The translations under genes were made by a program, and so were the position numbers. The notes below the pieces were generated by a model. That model was not told the DNA's origin. It did not search any database and was given only the letters and a program-made list of their open reading frames with translations. Shown here piece by piece: positions 12,208 through 25,345 of a DNA stretch of 64,000 nucleotides. The stretch's first letter is position 1. Each line of letters begins with the position of its first letter. The stretch is taken from contig JAQGDQ010000091.1 in the NCBI GenBank assembly GCA_030141605.1, positions 1 through 64,000 of the forward strand. Reading direction: 5' to 3'. The DNA comes from Tubiluchus corallicola (lineage: Eukaryota > Animalia > Priapulida).

Positions 12208-15200
12208 CTAATTATCATCTGTCTGAGATTTAGTTCTTTTTAACCTGAAACAAAAAAACAGTGTTTAGATTAGATTATATTAATAGATTTACTAATTTAA
12301 GAAAAAATTAAGTACATTTTTTGTAACATGATTGCAGTTACACTAGGTATCAAATTAATATGCCAAGCAGAAATGTTTCAATTGTTGTTCTTGTATGTAA
12401 TATACAAAAGATAAAATATGTGCAATGGTAACGCATGTGTTTACAGATGACAAAAGTATTAAAATTACCATGAACTGACATCTTTGTTGGCAAGGAGGTG
12501 TTTTAGTGACTTGTTAACTTGTTTAATAGATTTGGCATTGTAATTGCATGCGCTGAAGTTATATTTCAAAACGAAAGCATGACTTAACAAGCACAGCTGG
12601 CTGAGCCACAAGTTCATCGGCCAAAGTATTTGAAGTGCTACTAAATTGCACATGTCATAGTAAAAATTTGGAAAAATTGAAGCAATTGAAATATGATAAT
12701 GATAATGATGCAGTTAGATGCCCACCGAACATCACATATCAACGCCTCTAGCTCCTGCTCGTCAGAGGTACTTTTTCTCTTCCGTCGAAAAGAATCTATG
12801 CTCCTTTCCACATTGCATTTGTCAAACATTGAATGATCCATTTCCAAGACATCATCTTGATCGGCAGATTCATTTTGGCAACTAGATTTACTACCATCTG
12901 GCACTGAACTCTCTTCAGTAGTCATTGAGTGCAGCTTAGTGATTTCATCATTACCACTGTCATCACCATTGTCTTTATCAGTTTCACTGTTGTCACCACT
13001 ACTTTCGCTGTCGCTTTTGTCCTCTACAATAGTTGCAAGTTTTTCTTCCGTTTCCTAAAATAATAATCTGCTAATTCATATCAAAAGCAATATTTAACAG
13101 TGACCATCTCAGCTGATGCAAAATTATTGCTATAATATACATGTCTAAGACAGAAATGTACCGCTATTAATAGTCACAAAATGAAAACACGTGAAATAAG
13201 ATACAAAAAAGTGACTACTGCTCAATGCTCAAACAATAACTAAATCACATTTAAATAGAATGAGTTTCTTATCAGCCGTAATTCTGCACTTTACGACATT
13301 TCATATAATATTTTAATCACACATTATGTGATGCGTGATTTCTCATATATGTACTTCTCAAGATGTGTACAGTATTACACAAATGTAAGGCTACCTAAAA
13401 TGTTGAAGTTTAGTACATAAATTCTGTGCAGGAATTAGGGAGTATTATTATATTTAGCAATTATTACTCACGACCAATAGTTCAAACAAGGGTTCATGCC
13501 AAGCATATCACAGGAACTTAAGCATATACTAAGTTTATCAATTTCGAAAATTGTTATGCAACAGTATATATGTTGCATAGCAGCTATGAACTAAATGTGA
13601 GGCATGCAGAATTAATAATAAATATAACAAAATGGTGCAGACAGGTTAGTATACTAGAATTCTTGTTGATACAAAAACCAAAGTAAACCACACCATTTTT
13701 GTTAATAAAGTATGTTACATATACACATAAATAGTACTGGTTAAGCTATTCAGCTGGGCATAAATCATAATTATGTTTAGAAATTAAATGCAGTGTACCA
13801 CAGTAAGCACTGACATTCCTTGAGTGACACTGACGTTTCAATTACATAAAATTTGCTTTTTCGAAGTGCAATGACAGCCTAATTAAGTACGCATATTTCA
13901 GCTGCTGCAGGTTCTATAAACTAGCACAACAGAAGAGAGCACAGCATTAGTACAACTAAAGTGGCCACTAGCTTTAGCTATAGTACTACTACATACACAA
14001 ATGGATTACCATTCAGGTTAACATAAAGCACATGCACCTTTCTTGTGGCATAGATGGCAGATTTCACTTGCATTCTAACAAGATAACATTAACAGAAGTT
14101 AATGACTCCCTTAAAAATGCCAAAAAATCACAAATGAGCCCACCTAAGACCATAACTGACTTTAAAGACAGAGAATACTTACAAAAAGATAAAGTAAGTC
14201 TTATACAGGGACTTGCTATTTGTTAATGAATTAATGTTAAGTGCAAAAATTACCTTCCCACCACCACTGGAAAATGTGAGCGATTGTAAACCATGTATAA
14301 TTGCCAAGTAGCTGAATCGTAGCTGTTCTGGTGTCTGAATGAGACCCATTCTGTACTCTCGCATAGATTGAACTATCTTTATTATGTCCAGACACGATGT
14401 ATCTACACAATGTTCGGCCTAATACAAAGTAAATTAGTGCAACATAATGTCATAAAAAAAATAAATAGAGTACTCAAAATAAAATGTAGTGGCAGTTATA
14501 AAACCAAGCAACATCTCTAAATCATTACAATTTTGTTCTTAAATTTCTTGGTCAACATTGCACAATAAGACACCCGAGATTAAAAATATTTAAAAATTGC
14601 CTGGACTGTATAACTGTCACTAGAAAGATCACAGCAAGATAGTGCGACATCACCACCAAGTTGGTCAGTTTGACATTCGTAAATTCGTGATTACTTGATA
14701 TCTTATAGCAAGGAGGATGGTTTCGTATGCAAATCGAAGCTGCTCAGGTGCTTCACACAATTCCATTCTATAACCACGCAATTTAACCAGCTCGCTGCAG
14801 ACATCCAAAATTTCATCATTTCTATTTGCAACCTGTACCACGTAAACAACTTAAAAAACTTGGATAAAGCTTCAAAGATTCATCACATTAAATGTGCTAA
14901 ATAATATTATTTATTTGTTTTAAATCAATTTGAGTATACAATTAACAATACACAAACAAATTAGTTTTAGGTAAAAGTGAAAAATTAGTAAAGCTTAAAA
15001 AAATAAACAAAAAACGATCAAATGGTGTTTACACATTTCCGACAGCTTAAAAAGGTCCAGGCCAGTAAAAATATGTAAACAGTCTATACACTAATTTTTG
15101 CGATACATAAAAAAGTCGTCCTATTTTAAACAAAAATTGCACCGTTTTTCAATTTAACCCTTTTGTTCAACATTTAACTAGCAGCATCAACATCAAAGAG

Positions 15201-18200
15201 AACATCAAAAATCCAAATGTGGTCTAAATCTGATTCGAATCTGTGTTGGCAGATCTGGCAGAAGCAGATCCAGTATATCTCTAAAAAAGCCATCTCTTTT
15301 ACATTGAATAACTAATATGAAATGAACCAATGTAGAGTGGTAAACAAAAGAGAGCTTGCTTGGAGGCGAGTTCATTCTTGTTTTAATTTCTAAGCCTAGT
15401 TTATATAGCAGTTTTTGGGAAAAAAAACCTAAAAGTACATAAGAATGATATAGTACTGAATGATATACAGTACGAGACTGACAGCCATTTTTCTCGTTAA
15501 ATACTAAATTATGATACAACATTTAAACTTGAACTTTTGAAAAATGCAGACTGCATATACTTTTTAATTATATTTTATAATTTACTTTTTATTAATTGGA
15601 ACTAATACACTATATTCACACAAAATGCTCTGGCAAAAGAAATAACAAACTTACCATTTTGAGGCAAGAATCAACTAAACAGAATGTCCCCGATCTTCCA
15701 ATTCCAGCACTACAGTGAATTACAGGGGGACCGAATTTTGAAGAAAACGTACTGTCTTTACGGGTTTCATTAAGGAACTCCAGAAAAGACTCCGGTGAAT
15801 CAGGTACCCCAAAATCTGGCCACGATGTGTAATGAAAATGCTGGATGTCTCGTGATTCATTTGTCTAAGAACCAATTAATAGCATTATACATTTCATAAT
15901 ATGTTTTATAAAGCTATATCGTTAAAGATAATGTTGCTTTTTTCACAACAGAACAAATGCTGAAGATTGAATAGCTCCATAATTAAATATTATCACATAA
16001 TGAAATTTGAAAGCAATGTGCAACACCAAAAAAGAAAATTTCAGAAAGCTTAACTGGTGCTCATCTTTATTGTAAAATGAAATTGCTTTACCTGTAGCAT
16101 AATATACAAACCTTTAACTGCGTTAACTGAAGATATCTGATAGTGTAACAAGGCAGCTTTCGCTCCAAGACGTAGGTTATGCTGAAGCCTTCACTACTAA
16201 ACTCTATAGAGTCTTCTCCACAGTTTTCTACGCCAAGTGGAAAGTACTGATGGCATTTCACCTGAAACGATAGTACTGATAGAATTTTGGTAAGTTAACT
16301 GAAATTCATGCTAATAACCACACCAATAACAATAGAAATCACCGATACTCTTATGTTTCTGGATAATTCCGTGTATGCATGTGCCGTAGGTAATTTATGT
16401 AACTTGGAGATTTTTTCACACGTTTTTGTTCGATAAATAATTTCCAGTATAATTCGAAATTAAATGAGTAATGATCATATGCAATCCCAAGAAAGGCTAT
16501 AATAGTAATACAGATACAAAATACTAAAAAGGCCTGTCTTGCTTCAAGTGTTTTCACAGGTATGGAAAATGTTTCTTTAATTTTATAAAACTTTATCCAT
16601 CCAACTCAAATTTTACCTATGGTAATTGGGCAAAATGGTTAAAAAAATACACACACCCAATTTTGCACATACTAAATGTCAGTCAATAAGGGTTTGCAGT
16701 ACAAAAGCCATCTCATATAGTTCAAAATTTCAAACAACACAATAAATTAGCACCACAGAAATGTTAAGCAAACAGCAGGGAATCTTTATATCTTACCATG
16801 TGCTTTTCTATCACATTATTGAGCATTATAACAGCAGCACTATTCTGTTCCCACACCATCTGCCAAAACTGGCCAGCTGTACTGCTTAATGGACCCTGAA
16901 ACAAAAAACAACTTCCTAAATCTGAGTGGCAGTTCACCGTATCTGCAGATTTGAGCAGTTAAGACATGAAAATAAAAAATTGATGTAGCAGGACTGCAAC
17001 CAAATCTAATGAGGTAAAATGCCCACTATGGCAAGCAAAACTACCTAGATTGAATACTGAATCCCTGCAGTCATCCACCCATTTACCTGCAAAGTTCGGC
17101 ACTGCTAATAAACAGTGACCACCAAACTGTTCAGCTCACTCCAAAACAACAGTCTTTGGTTTCATGGTCAAACAAAATAGTACCGATAAATGACGCCATT
17201 ATATATATATAATGCAATAACAAATTGTTGTAAATTGCAATAACAAAAAATTATAAATAACTAAGCTGTTGCTTAGATAAAAAACCACCTGATTCAGTAG
17301 TAGATAGTTTTCAACTAATTAATTCACCAGTCAAAAGCACACCATCATCAAAGAACTATTATTTATATGTGATTTGAATAATTGCAAATTATAACAAATA
17401 ATGTTATTCACGATTGGTTTTTTCGGTCCAATCCCGATATTTAATCATAGGCACCGATTTGATATGATCCAATATTGCGATAAAATTCCAGATATCAGAA
17501 TATATTTTTTGTCAAAAAAATTGTGTAGTAGTTGCACAGCAATTGCAAAATTGTATAGCAATTTATAAAAGACGTACAACAAATGAAAGTTTCAGAATAT
17601 TTTGGCAAAACTCATTATAAAGTTGGTTGTCATTGATGTCAGATCTGATCTCTCATCAAAGTTTCTTCATAGAAAAAGGAACTAGGTTATGTCTTAACTT
17701 TCAAAGTTAAAATATTATTAAAGTACACACACAACAAAAATAAAAGCACGCTACAAACTAAACTACTTCCAGATCCAAGTTCTTTCGTAGAAAATGAACT
17801 AGTTTATGATTTAACTTCCAAATTTGAAATACTATTATAGTACAGGTGTATGAGCTTAATACTTCCAGTATATTAGGAGAAATGAAAACATAGTGCTACA
17901 GTGCCTGTTTCCTGGGAAGCACTATAACTATTGAAAGTTTAACCAGATGAACACTGGCCGACATTTAAGCAAATATTGGTGATTCGATATATCGGGAAGT
18001 ATCAAAATTTTGCTAAATACAGGGGGAATCTGACATCTAATATCAGGTATCAGACAACACTAATAACAAAAATACCTGAGTGAGAATATACTGTCTTCTA
18101 GCATCTGGTGCTCTGACTAGACTGGCATTAATATAATCATTTGGTCCTTCTTTTAATCGGACTCTGTTGTTGTCGACTGGAACAAAAATATGTCACACTA

Positions 18201-20465
18201 GTTAAGTAATCTTTTTACTATATGTAGCATTGTTGAATTTAACGGATTAGCATTATCTGTTGTCCACTAGACTATGATAAACATAATAGGATATACACGT
18301 TAAGGCATTAAAGTACAAATAACACAAAAATTGGAAATATGCTATTTTATATTTATAATACTGAAAGTATTTATAATTAATGGCAAAACAATGAGTGTTA
18401 AGTATAGGCTAGTATCAAGTATAAATTGATTACAAATAATAATTTTTAAAACACTGAACACCATCTAGGTAAAGGCAATCTAGAAGTATGCTATAATATG
18501 AATTACACTGTATTTATTAAATAAATTAATATAATCAGCTCAGATTCAGCCACTTCTGGTATTACGGCACAATTTGCAATGCAAATTAGCTGTGACTGTC
18601 TTGCACATTTCCAGTACACTACTGGATCGGACCGAATCTAGATTTTCGGATCCGCCGGATTTAACAGATTCGGATCTGGTAAATGAAGTCTGAATCCACT
18701 AAGTCTGCTGCACTTCGTTTAGAACATGCAAAGCTGTAGTTTGCAGATCAATTAATGTTCAGAAGGCCAATTTACTTAAAATTTTAAGTGAAAAATTACT
18801 TGCTTACACCTAGTAAAGCTCTTCCAAATTCTAGCTCTTCCAACAAACTTAGGTTAGAAAGAATGTAATTGCCGTGAGTGAGGGTCCCCAATTTTTATCA
18901 ATACCTTAAGTCTTTGAAAATATTACGAAAACAGACGTATGACATAAGCAGGCATGAATACTAATAGTCTATAAATACTTGTATGTATTTTTTTATTATT
19001 TTACTAAATTTTTCATTGTTATAAGCTCAGAAAACCTTCAAAAGCAGGTATTTTTAAATAGCATCGCTACTTAGACAGCATAGACATATTTAAATGAAAA
19101 AAATGAAAAACAAGTTTAGATCCGGATCCGATCTAATTCTCTAAAGATCTGGCAAACATGGATCTGTCCCATCCCTAATTTTTGGTGCATGACACCAAAT
19201 TTCAGCTGATAAGACTCCTTATCCTCAAGACTTTTGCTGAATCTACAATTTGTAGCCTGCACTATAATTACGCATATGGACAAATCAATCTCATTATTAT
19301 TGAATTTGTATAACAGCCGTTTGCTGCTCATTGATAGTGCTCAAGCTGGTTAGCCACATCCTATAGTTGGCTTAAAAGGTGTGCTATATGACATCAACTG
19401 AGCTTGGCATGACTGGCTAAGAACGCAAATTGGTTTGCTTTCGTTTGATGGTGAAGTTGTAAGTTGTGAAGTTGTTAATTCATTTTTTAAACATCTTCAA
19501 ATTTAACTTTTCAAAAACAGAAACACTATTACATCCTTTATAAAAAATAGCAAAAAACTTATTATCTGTTTATTATTATTCTACAAATCTGCTTGAACAT
19601 TAAAAGTACAAAGTTGAAGTAAATTTTGTAGTGTTTACATAAAAAGGCAATTGCTATATAGAAAAGTTTCTCTTTATATAGCAATAATTGCGATACATAA
19701 ATTTAATTTCTAATGTAACTCAATACATTAGTTTCTTAAATAGGTCCAGTTTTTCACAGCCATGGAATGATTTGAGCGAAGACACTCTAATATAAGTGGA
19801 TAGGCTGCACTGTCTATTTAAAAATGTACTTATAAGTCTGACAACACTGGCATGGTCATTTTTATCCATAGCCATAACCATATCTATCCATACACGAAAG
19901 ACACTCTAGCATCATAACTGGATTGGCTGCACTGTCTATTTAAAAATGTACTTGTAAGGACTAGCATTGATGTAGTCAATTCTTTTCATATTTGACCAAA
20001 AAATTCTAGGATAGTAACCGGTGTCTAATTTAAAAAGTACTTACAAGGACTAACATTGATGTAACGATTTCTATCCATATTTTCAAGTTTCCGAGAGTGT
20101 GAAGTAGATCCTTTATAGCTACCATTGTGAATTTTCTATGAAATAAATACCAACTTGTTACATATTAATTATTATATTATTACATTACACAATAAGTTCA
20201 CATAAGTCAACTATTCGATTTACATTATGTTATGAAATTTACATTGTGAATGAAAATAAAAAATCCTGACAGAAACTAACCAATGGTATGACCAATTTTT
20301 TGGACTATAACCGCAGACTAAACCAATAATGTAACAAGCTAGGCTTTACACACCTACCTGTAAAACTCGACCCCACGAACGCTTTTTGTCAAACTCAATA
20401 AAATCTTGTTCTAATTTTTGTTTGCTACGATGAAGGACCGCGACCGATGTAGTCTCCGTTTGCAT
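12208..20465 (-). CDS. PTPN1/2: Non-receptor tyrosine phosphatase, PTP1B/TC-PTP (PTPN1/PTPN2) orthologue, ~429 aa
   Basis: Exons (minus) 20358-20465 (a second in-frame ATG at 20477), 20045-20135, 18076-18176, 16797-16895, 16112-16261, 15655-15864, 14254-14418, 12726-13054, 12208-12244. Motifs: [101 protein letters not shown]. The catalytic Cys, WPD loop and Q loop are intact. The choice of last exon is uncertain. Confidence 0.94.
17399..18062. mobile_element. hAT-type MITE in PTP intron 3
   Basis: Perfect 8-bp TSD ATAACAAA at 17391-17398 and 18063-18070. Degenerate TIRs TAATGTTATT / GACAACACTA. Subterminal CCGAT/ATCGG-like repeats. Internal ~75-bp direct duplication (~17655-17727 vs ~17775-17845). 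Confidence 0.8.
18535..19177. mobile_element. hAT-like MITE with GGATC/CGGAT subterminal repeats in PTP intron 2 (left TIR not identified)
   Basis: Clusters of GGATCGG/GGATCCG/GGATCTG at 18620-18700 and 19115-19165, ending in CATCCCTA (reverse of TAGGGATG). Related fragments lie at ~15205-15275 and ~16915-17105. Confidence 0.65.
19777..20082. repeat. Degenerate tandem duplications of the PTP exon 2 3' end and donor region
   Basis: taaaaagtacttacaaggactaacattgatgta (20030-, real junction) recurs as taaaaatgtacttgtaaggactagcattgatgta (19941-) and aaaaatgtacttataag (19820-). The sequence gacactcta..ggctgcactgtctatttaaaaatgtactt is duplicated at 19780 and 19900. Confidence 0.85.
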
Positions 20466-20700
20466 AATTACTAACATATCCTATATTCAGAATTTTCTGG
20501 CAAAGTGTTATTTACAAATTCTCAGAAATATGAATTACTTTTTCTGTTTCCTGAACATTTTATTGTAATTGCACGAATAAAAGTTGAAAAAGTGATGACG
20601 TCGACCACTACGTTTTTTCTCCGACCACTATTTACTGGCAATTAAATGATCCTTTACAGAATGGTAAACGGATTTAAATAATTTTTAGTTTGCTGTCCGG

Positions 20701-21091
20701 TAGGGGTGAGCATTCTCTACCAGAAAGCGAATTCGAATCGAATCGAATTTGTGACTTTCGAATTCGGATCGAACCGAATTTCAGTATTTCGAATCCGAAT
20801 CGAATTCGAATTGAGTTTGAAGGATTTTTGAACCAGTTTTCGAACCACTAGTAAAAAGTGGTCTTACAAAGATCATGCATATTACTTGATCTTGTTCTGC
20901 AGTAAAACTGCCATTAGTTTGTTAAAAGTTTTGCACAGAAACTGCAGCTAATTGTGCTAAGTGCATACTTTTTCAAACATTTTAATGATAAAAACGTGTG
21001 TGGCTGGAGTGCTGAATTATTCGAATCTATAATTTCAGGTTCGAATCGAATTCGCACTTAAAAAAACTCGAAAATTCGAAACTCACCCTTA
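20701..21091. mobile_element. hAT-type non-autonomous element (MITE) upstream of the PTP gene
   Basis: Terminal inverted repeats (TIRs) TAGGGGTGAG (20701) and CTCACCCTTA (21091), 1 mismatch. 8-bp TSD CTGTCCGG (20693-20700) / CTGTCCGT (21092-21099). Dense subterminal TTCGAAT(C) repeats at both ends. Confidence 0.88.
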
Positions 21092-22699
21092 CTGTCCGTT
21101 ATTTGTAAAAGTAAAATTATTGTCTATACTGTGCATAAATATCAAGTGCTGGCGTATAATATTAAGTAAACTGTAGACTCAGTTGAAACCATGAGCAAAC
21201 TCATCTATACTGACCCACCTACCATTTAGCCCAGTCTTATATGCCTGCTGTTCTTGCATTTATTGTAAGTGACTATGAGAACAAAATTTATCACGCTATA
21301 CACGACTAGAAATTCTATGAAATTCTCCATCTAATCATATACATTTTTTATCACGAGAAAAGAGAAAAAATAAAACCCTTGTTGACAATTTTAGAAGCTA
21401 CGTTTTCACAGAAGTTCACAGTATTTGTAAGGTTGTAATTAAAACTATGATTGAAAGTTATTAGGGTTTTCGTGTTGGCAATCAAACATGGAAGGCCATG
21501 CAAGCTGATAAATGCGTATTAGTGCATTCATTTGCTGCTTGTTGGTAATTAATGCATAGGAACGATATGACAGAATGTCCACCAGCAATGGATACAACGG
21601 TCATTAATTTTATACACCGTAGAACTGTGCATACATGTATCAGATATTAAATCAAAATTGAATTTTTGCCTTTCCTAGTCGAATACCAGAAATCGAACTC
21701 GAATCAGTTAGAATTTTCGAAATCAATTTGTGGCGAATTTCAAAATCACTTTGGAACACTTAATTAACAATCTAGAGAATCTACTTTTATTAATTGCTTT
21801 TATGTGATATGATTGAGATTAGTTGATGTTTTGCATGTCTTGAATTGTATGTATTATCCAAAGGCATTCTGTTGATTCATTCAAAATTTTGATTCATTCT
21901 AAAGCTTATTAGCAGTTATGCACCGTGCAATAATTCTTAGATTATTAAAATTATGCTTTCACATCTTTACAAGCATTAAATGTGCCCAATGAAAACCGAA
22001 GTTGTAAGAATTAATAAAAAAAGTTAGAAGCAACAACTATTATAAACAGCTGACTAGTTTCCAATGTTAATTATTCAAGTGTGTAATTTCTCAGGGCCGC
22101 ACTACATATGATCATGCATTAAATCTTGCCACTTTTCACATTCTTCAAAAAAGTATTGTAACTGTGCAAATTTGGTTTAACAAATACTGTACACACAGTT
22201 TTATTTATATAAAAGAGAATGCAAAAATGTTTTGACTAAATTAAGTTGTTTTAATTCGCCTTTATCAAGCAACCCTCCTTCCTGTTGGACGCACCCATTG
22301 TTTGCTGCCTGTCAGGTTTACCATGCATGGAAACCATGTGCAGCCAAAACGAGAACAATATGAAATAAAAAACTCTTTCGAATTGAATTCAAACATTAAT
22401 TTCTGCAACAATAAGCCTTTTTACAGTTCTAGGGATTAATGATGATCGTGAAAAGGTCAAAGGTTAGGTGTACCAAACAACATGTTTGTGTACACTTCAC
22501 AGCGCCCTTGCTATTGTAACAATAACAGTTTTAACAGCTAATTAGAACTTTACCTTGTGAATTTCTTCTTGTCCTCAAGCAAAATCTTGCTAGTAAATCA
22601 CTCTATATACAGACTAATGCATAATTAAGTAAGGACAAAGAAAACAACTGAAGTTACTGAACTGGGCGTTGCTTCACCCACGTCACATGATCGACGGTT

Positions 22700-23900
22700 G
22701 TAGCTAAGACGCATTCCTGTGGTACTTATAGCAAATGTGTGTGCATACACCAAAACTGCAAAAAGGTTTTATTCCAGTGTTCTGAAGTCCCATCACCTCC
22801 AATACACAGTATAGAAAAGGTATAGAAATATAGAAACCCGCCTTCAAGAGAGGTAAACATAACTGTAATGAAAAAAAATTATGCACTGCTATGCCTATGC
22901 CAATGGCTTTTCACAACCGCTTTCAAGCACAGTTCTTCTCTTTCAAGTTTCTGCCAACCAAATGTCTATAATAGATGTAATAGGCGTAATCAATGATTTT
23001 GAGACAATATGTAGAGAGTAGAGACACAGGTTCTGTAATAGAACTCTACCTAATAGAAAACCACAGTAAAGGATATGCATTAATGAATGTGCCATTTGAG
23101 CATTATCGCAGACAGCATGCTATGTGATTTCTTTTCTACTGTTATCTACATTTTTGGTGCTTTCCCATTTTGTTTTATTTTATTTTTCAAGAATAATAGT
23201 GTAAATAAAATGCTACTGACTGTAACGTTACGAGCCACCTTTTCAGTAAAAAGTTCTGTATGCAGCAAAAGTCATGGCGCTAACCACGAGTAAAGATTTT
23301 GATTTACAGCAGTATTCTCATTTTCCTGGTGAACAAAATTGCGAAGGTAATTTAGTGCGGCGGCGGTTAAGGCAGTTCACACTAATATCTTTAGCAGAAT
23401 TGCGTTAGTACCCTAGAAGGACAAAGAAAAGTTGAAGTCCCAATGGGGAGGCAAACTACATAGATTCGCTGTTAAATGTCTGCCCGCTTCCCAATGTAGA
23501 TACGTTTCCCAGTCTATAATTATTCTACTACTTTTTTTTAGGTCTAAGTATGCTTTCTTTGATTCGCCCAATACTATATCTAAAGCTTTCTCATACCTTA
23601 GTTACGTGTTCGGTTGTGTCGTGTCATTATAATTTTTTTACCAGCGGACATTTCAAGTCTTCAATCTTTAAAATTTGTTTTCACTTTAATCGTGTTGATT
23701 TTCCATCCTGTTACTGTTATTTCAGACTATGCTTGGGTTACACTTTATACATAATACAATTTTATTTTATTTCATGCAGTTCTGCTATTTTTTTATGTTT
23801 TTGGTCCAACTTCCAGGAAATCTTTTTCCTACATTGCTGAAAATACCGTTTTTGTATTTTTTTATTCCTCAAAGATCCATAGAGTTCGTAAGAATATTAA
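22700..23900 (-). pseudogene. Probable heavily decayed DNA-transposase relic (hAT-like)
   Basis: The minus strand has fragmented coding-like sequence with many stops and frameshifts. Near 22730-22810 it reads CIGGDGTS / NTGIK / FWCMH, reminiscent of the hAT DG.S.NTG...C..H motif. No intact ORF. Confidence 0.3.
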
Positions 23901-25049
23901 TGGCTTGTAATGTACTATCTGTCTTAATTACCAAAAACTTGAAGGACAAGAAAGAGGGTAGTAGGTATCAAAAATTTGTTTTATTGTATATGATTTTTAT
24001 ATTATAAAACTCAGGGGAGAAACCTGTGGTACATTAACCTGGTAACCTATTTGTAACAGGACTGAAACCGTCAGACTTATGTGATTATCCATTTTTAAAG
24101 TAATCTTCGATATGTATTTCTTTAATTGTTTGTGTCTCACTACTTGGAACATTTAATCTTTTTTATTTAGTCATCCGTACTTCCTATTTCAAAGGTTCAC
24201 AACCAGCAATAAAAAACAGCCAAGATTTGACAAAAATGTGGCCACAATAAAATACATTATTATTTCATTCAAGTAACATTTCTCTTCACTTATAATTTGA
24301 GAAAAATAGTATGATTCACACATTACAAATTTCACAAATATAAGGCTTTAGTTTAATAGATGTTTACTTACATACTACCATTTACATGAGTAACATAATT
24401 ATCACTAGTAGCACAATGCACTAAAGCACAATAATCACCTTATGAGGCACAATATGAATTCAATTTTGGAGCACCATAAGGTTAAGTTTAATTATCACTA
24501 TAGGCCTATATAGAGGGACTTGCTCTATTAGCCAGTGAAAGCTAAGAGAGTCCTCCTCGTTGCTCATGTCGAGCGGCCTTATATAAACTTTTCCTTCATA
24601 AATTAATCTAAGTAGTGGTTCATGTAATGCATACGTGTATGGTCTGGAACTACTGACATACAGACCAATTCTAAGGGCAAATCTAAGTTTAACATTCAAG
24701 GCTATATTATAAGAATGTAGTTAAAGGAAAATTCATTAATTAAAAAATACTAGAGAATTTAGGGGCGATTTTATAGACACACAAAAATTAAATTTAACTT
24801 CGGGAAATATATATGCGATTTCCTGACAGTTTTCAGAAAAATGATATTACTTTGCAGCAATTTTATGCATATATCGTATTCGCGTTAAAAAGAATTTTTG
24901 TTTTCATTTTAAATTTCCCGCAATACTGTTCTGACGGTGCCATTACATGATGTCACCTACGCAAACGTAAATCGGGAAGAAAAGAGAAGAAGAAAAGATG
25001 CAGAACTCCTGATTTAAATTTGCACATCTGGTGCCTGGTTAAAGTTTCG

Positions 25050-25255
25050 CAGGTAAAAATGGCACAGGAAAAATGGCACAGTAGAAATGGCACAGGAAAA
25101 AATGGCACAAATGGAAAAGTAGGTAAAAATGGCACAAATGGAAAAATAGGGAAAAATATTACATTATGAAGTTTATGTTGATACAATTGATTTCTATAAA
25201 TAAAACTAGAATGCGCTCAGTAGGAAGCAGGCCCCAGCCAAAGCTGAACAATCCT
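25050..25255 (-). repeat. Second copy of the TGTGCCATTTTT / HINE-like dispersed repeat
   Basis: Tandem AAAAATGGCACA units at 25055-25150 and flank homologous to 293-380. A third partial array lies at 35535-35590. Confidence 0.8.
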
Positions 25256-25261
25256 TAATTT

Positions 25262-25345
25262 CAGGGATGTTACCGAAGCTGAATTTGCAAACCGAAATTT
25301 ATCAAACATAGGAAACGATACCGAAACGAAACATTTTTGCGAAAC
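25262..25345 (+). mobile_element. hAT-like MITE end fragment
   Basis: CAGGGATGTT start followed by repeated CCGAA/CGAAAC subterminal motifs. Confidence 0.45.

Noticed and set aside
14038-14074. Possible extra PTP micro-exon (AG...G|GTGCAT)
   Set aside because: 37 nt would frameshift the CDS, and the flanking exons already join in phase.
19650-19686. Short AT-rich hairpin ATTGCTATATA...TATATAGCAAT
   Set aside because: An 11-bp AT-rich stem in a repeat-laden intron, too short and weak to interpret.
20720-21080. CRISPR-like or iteron-like short repeats (TTCGAAT; also GGATC at 18620-19165)
   Set aside because: No constant repeat-spacer periodicity and a eukaryotic context. They are explained as MITE subterminal repeats.
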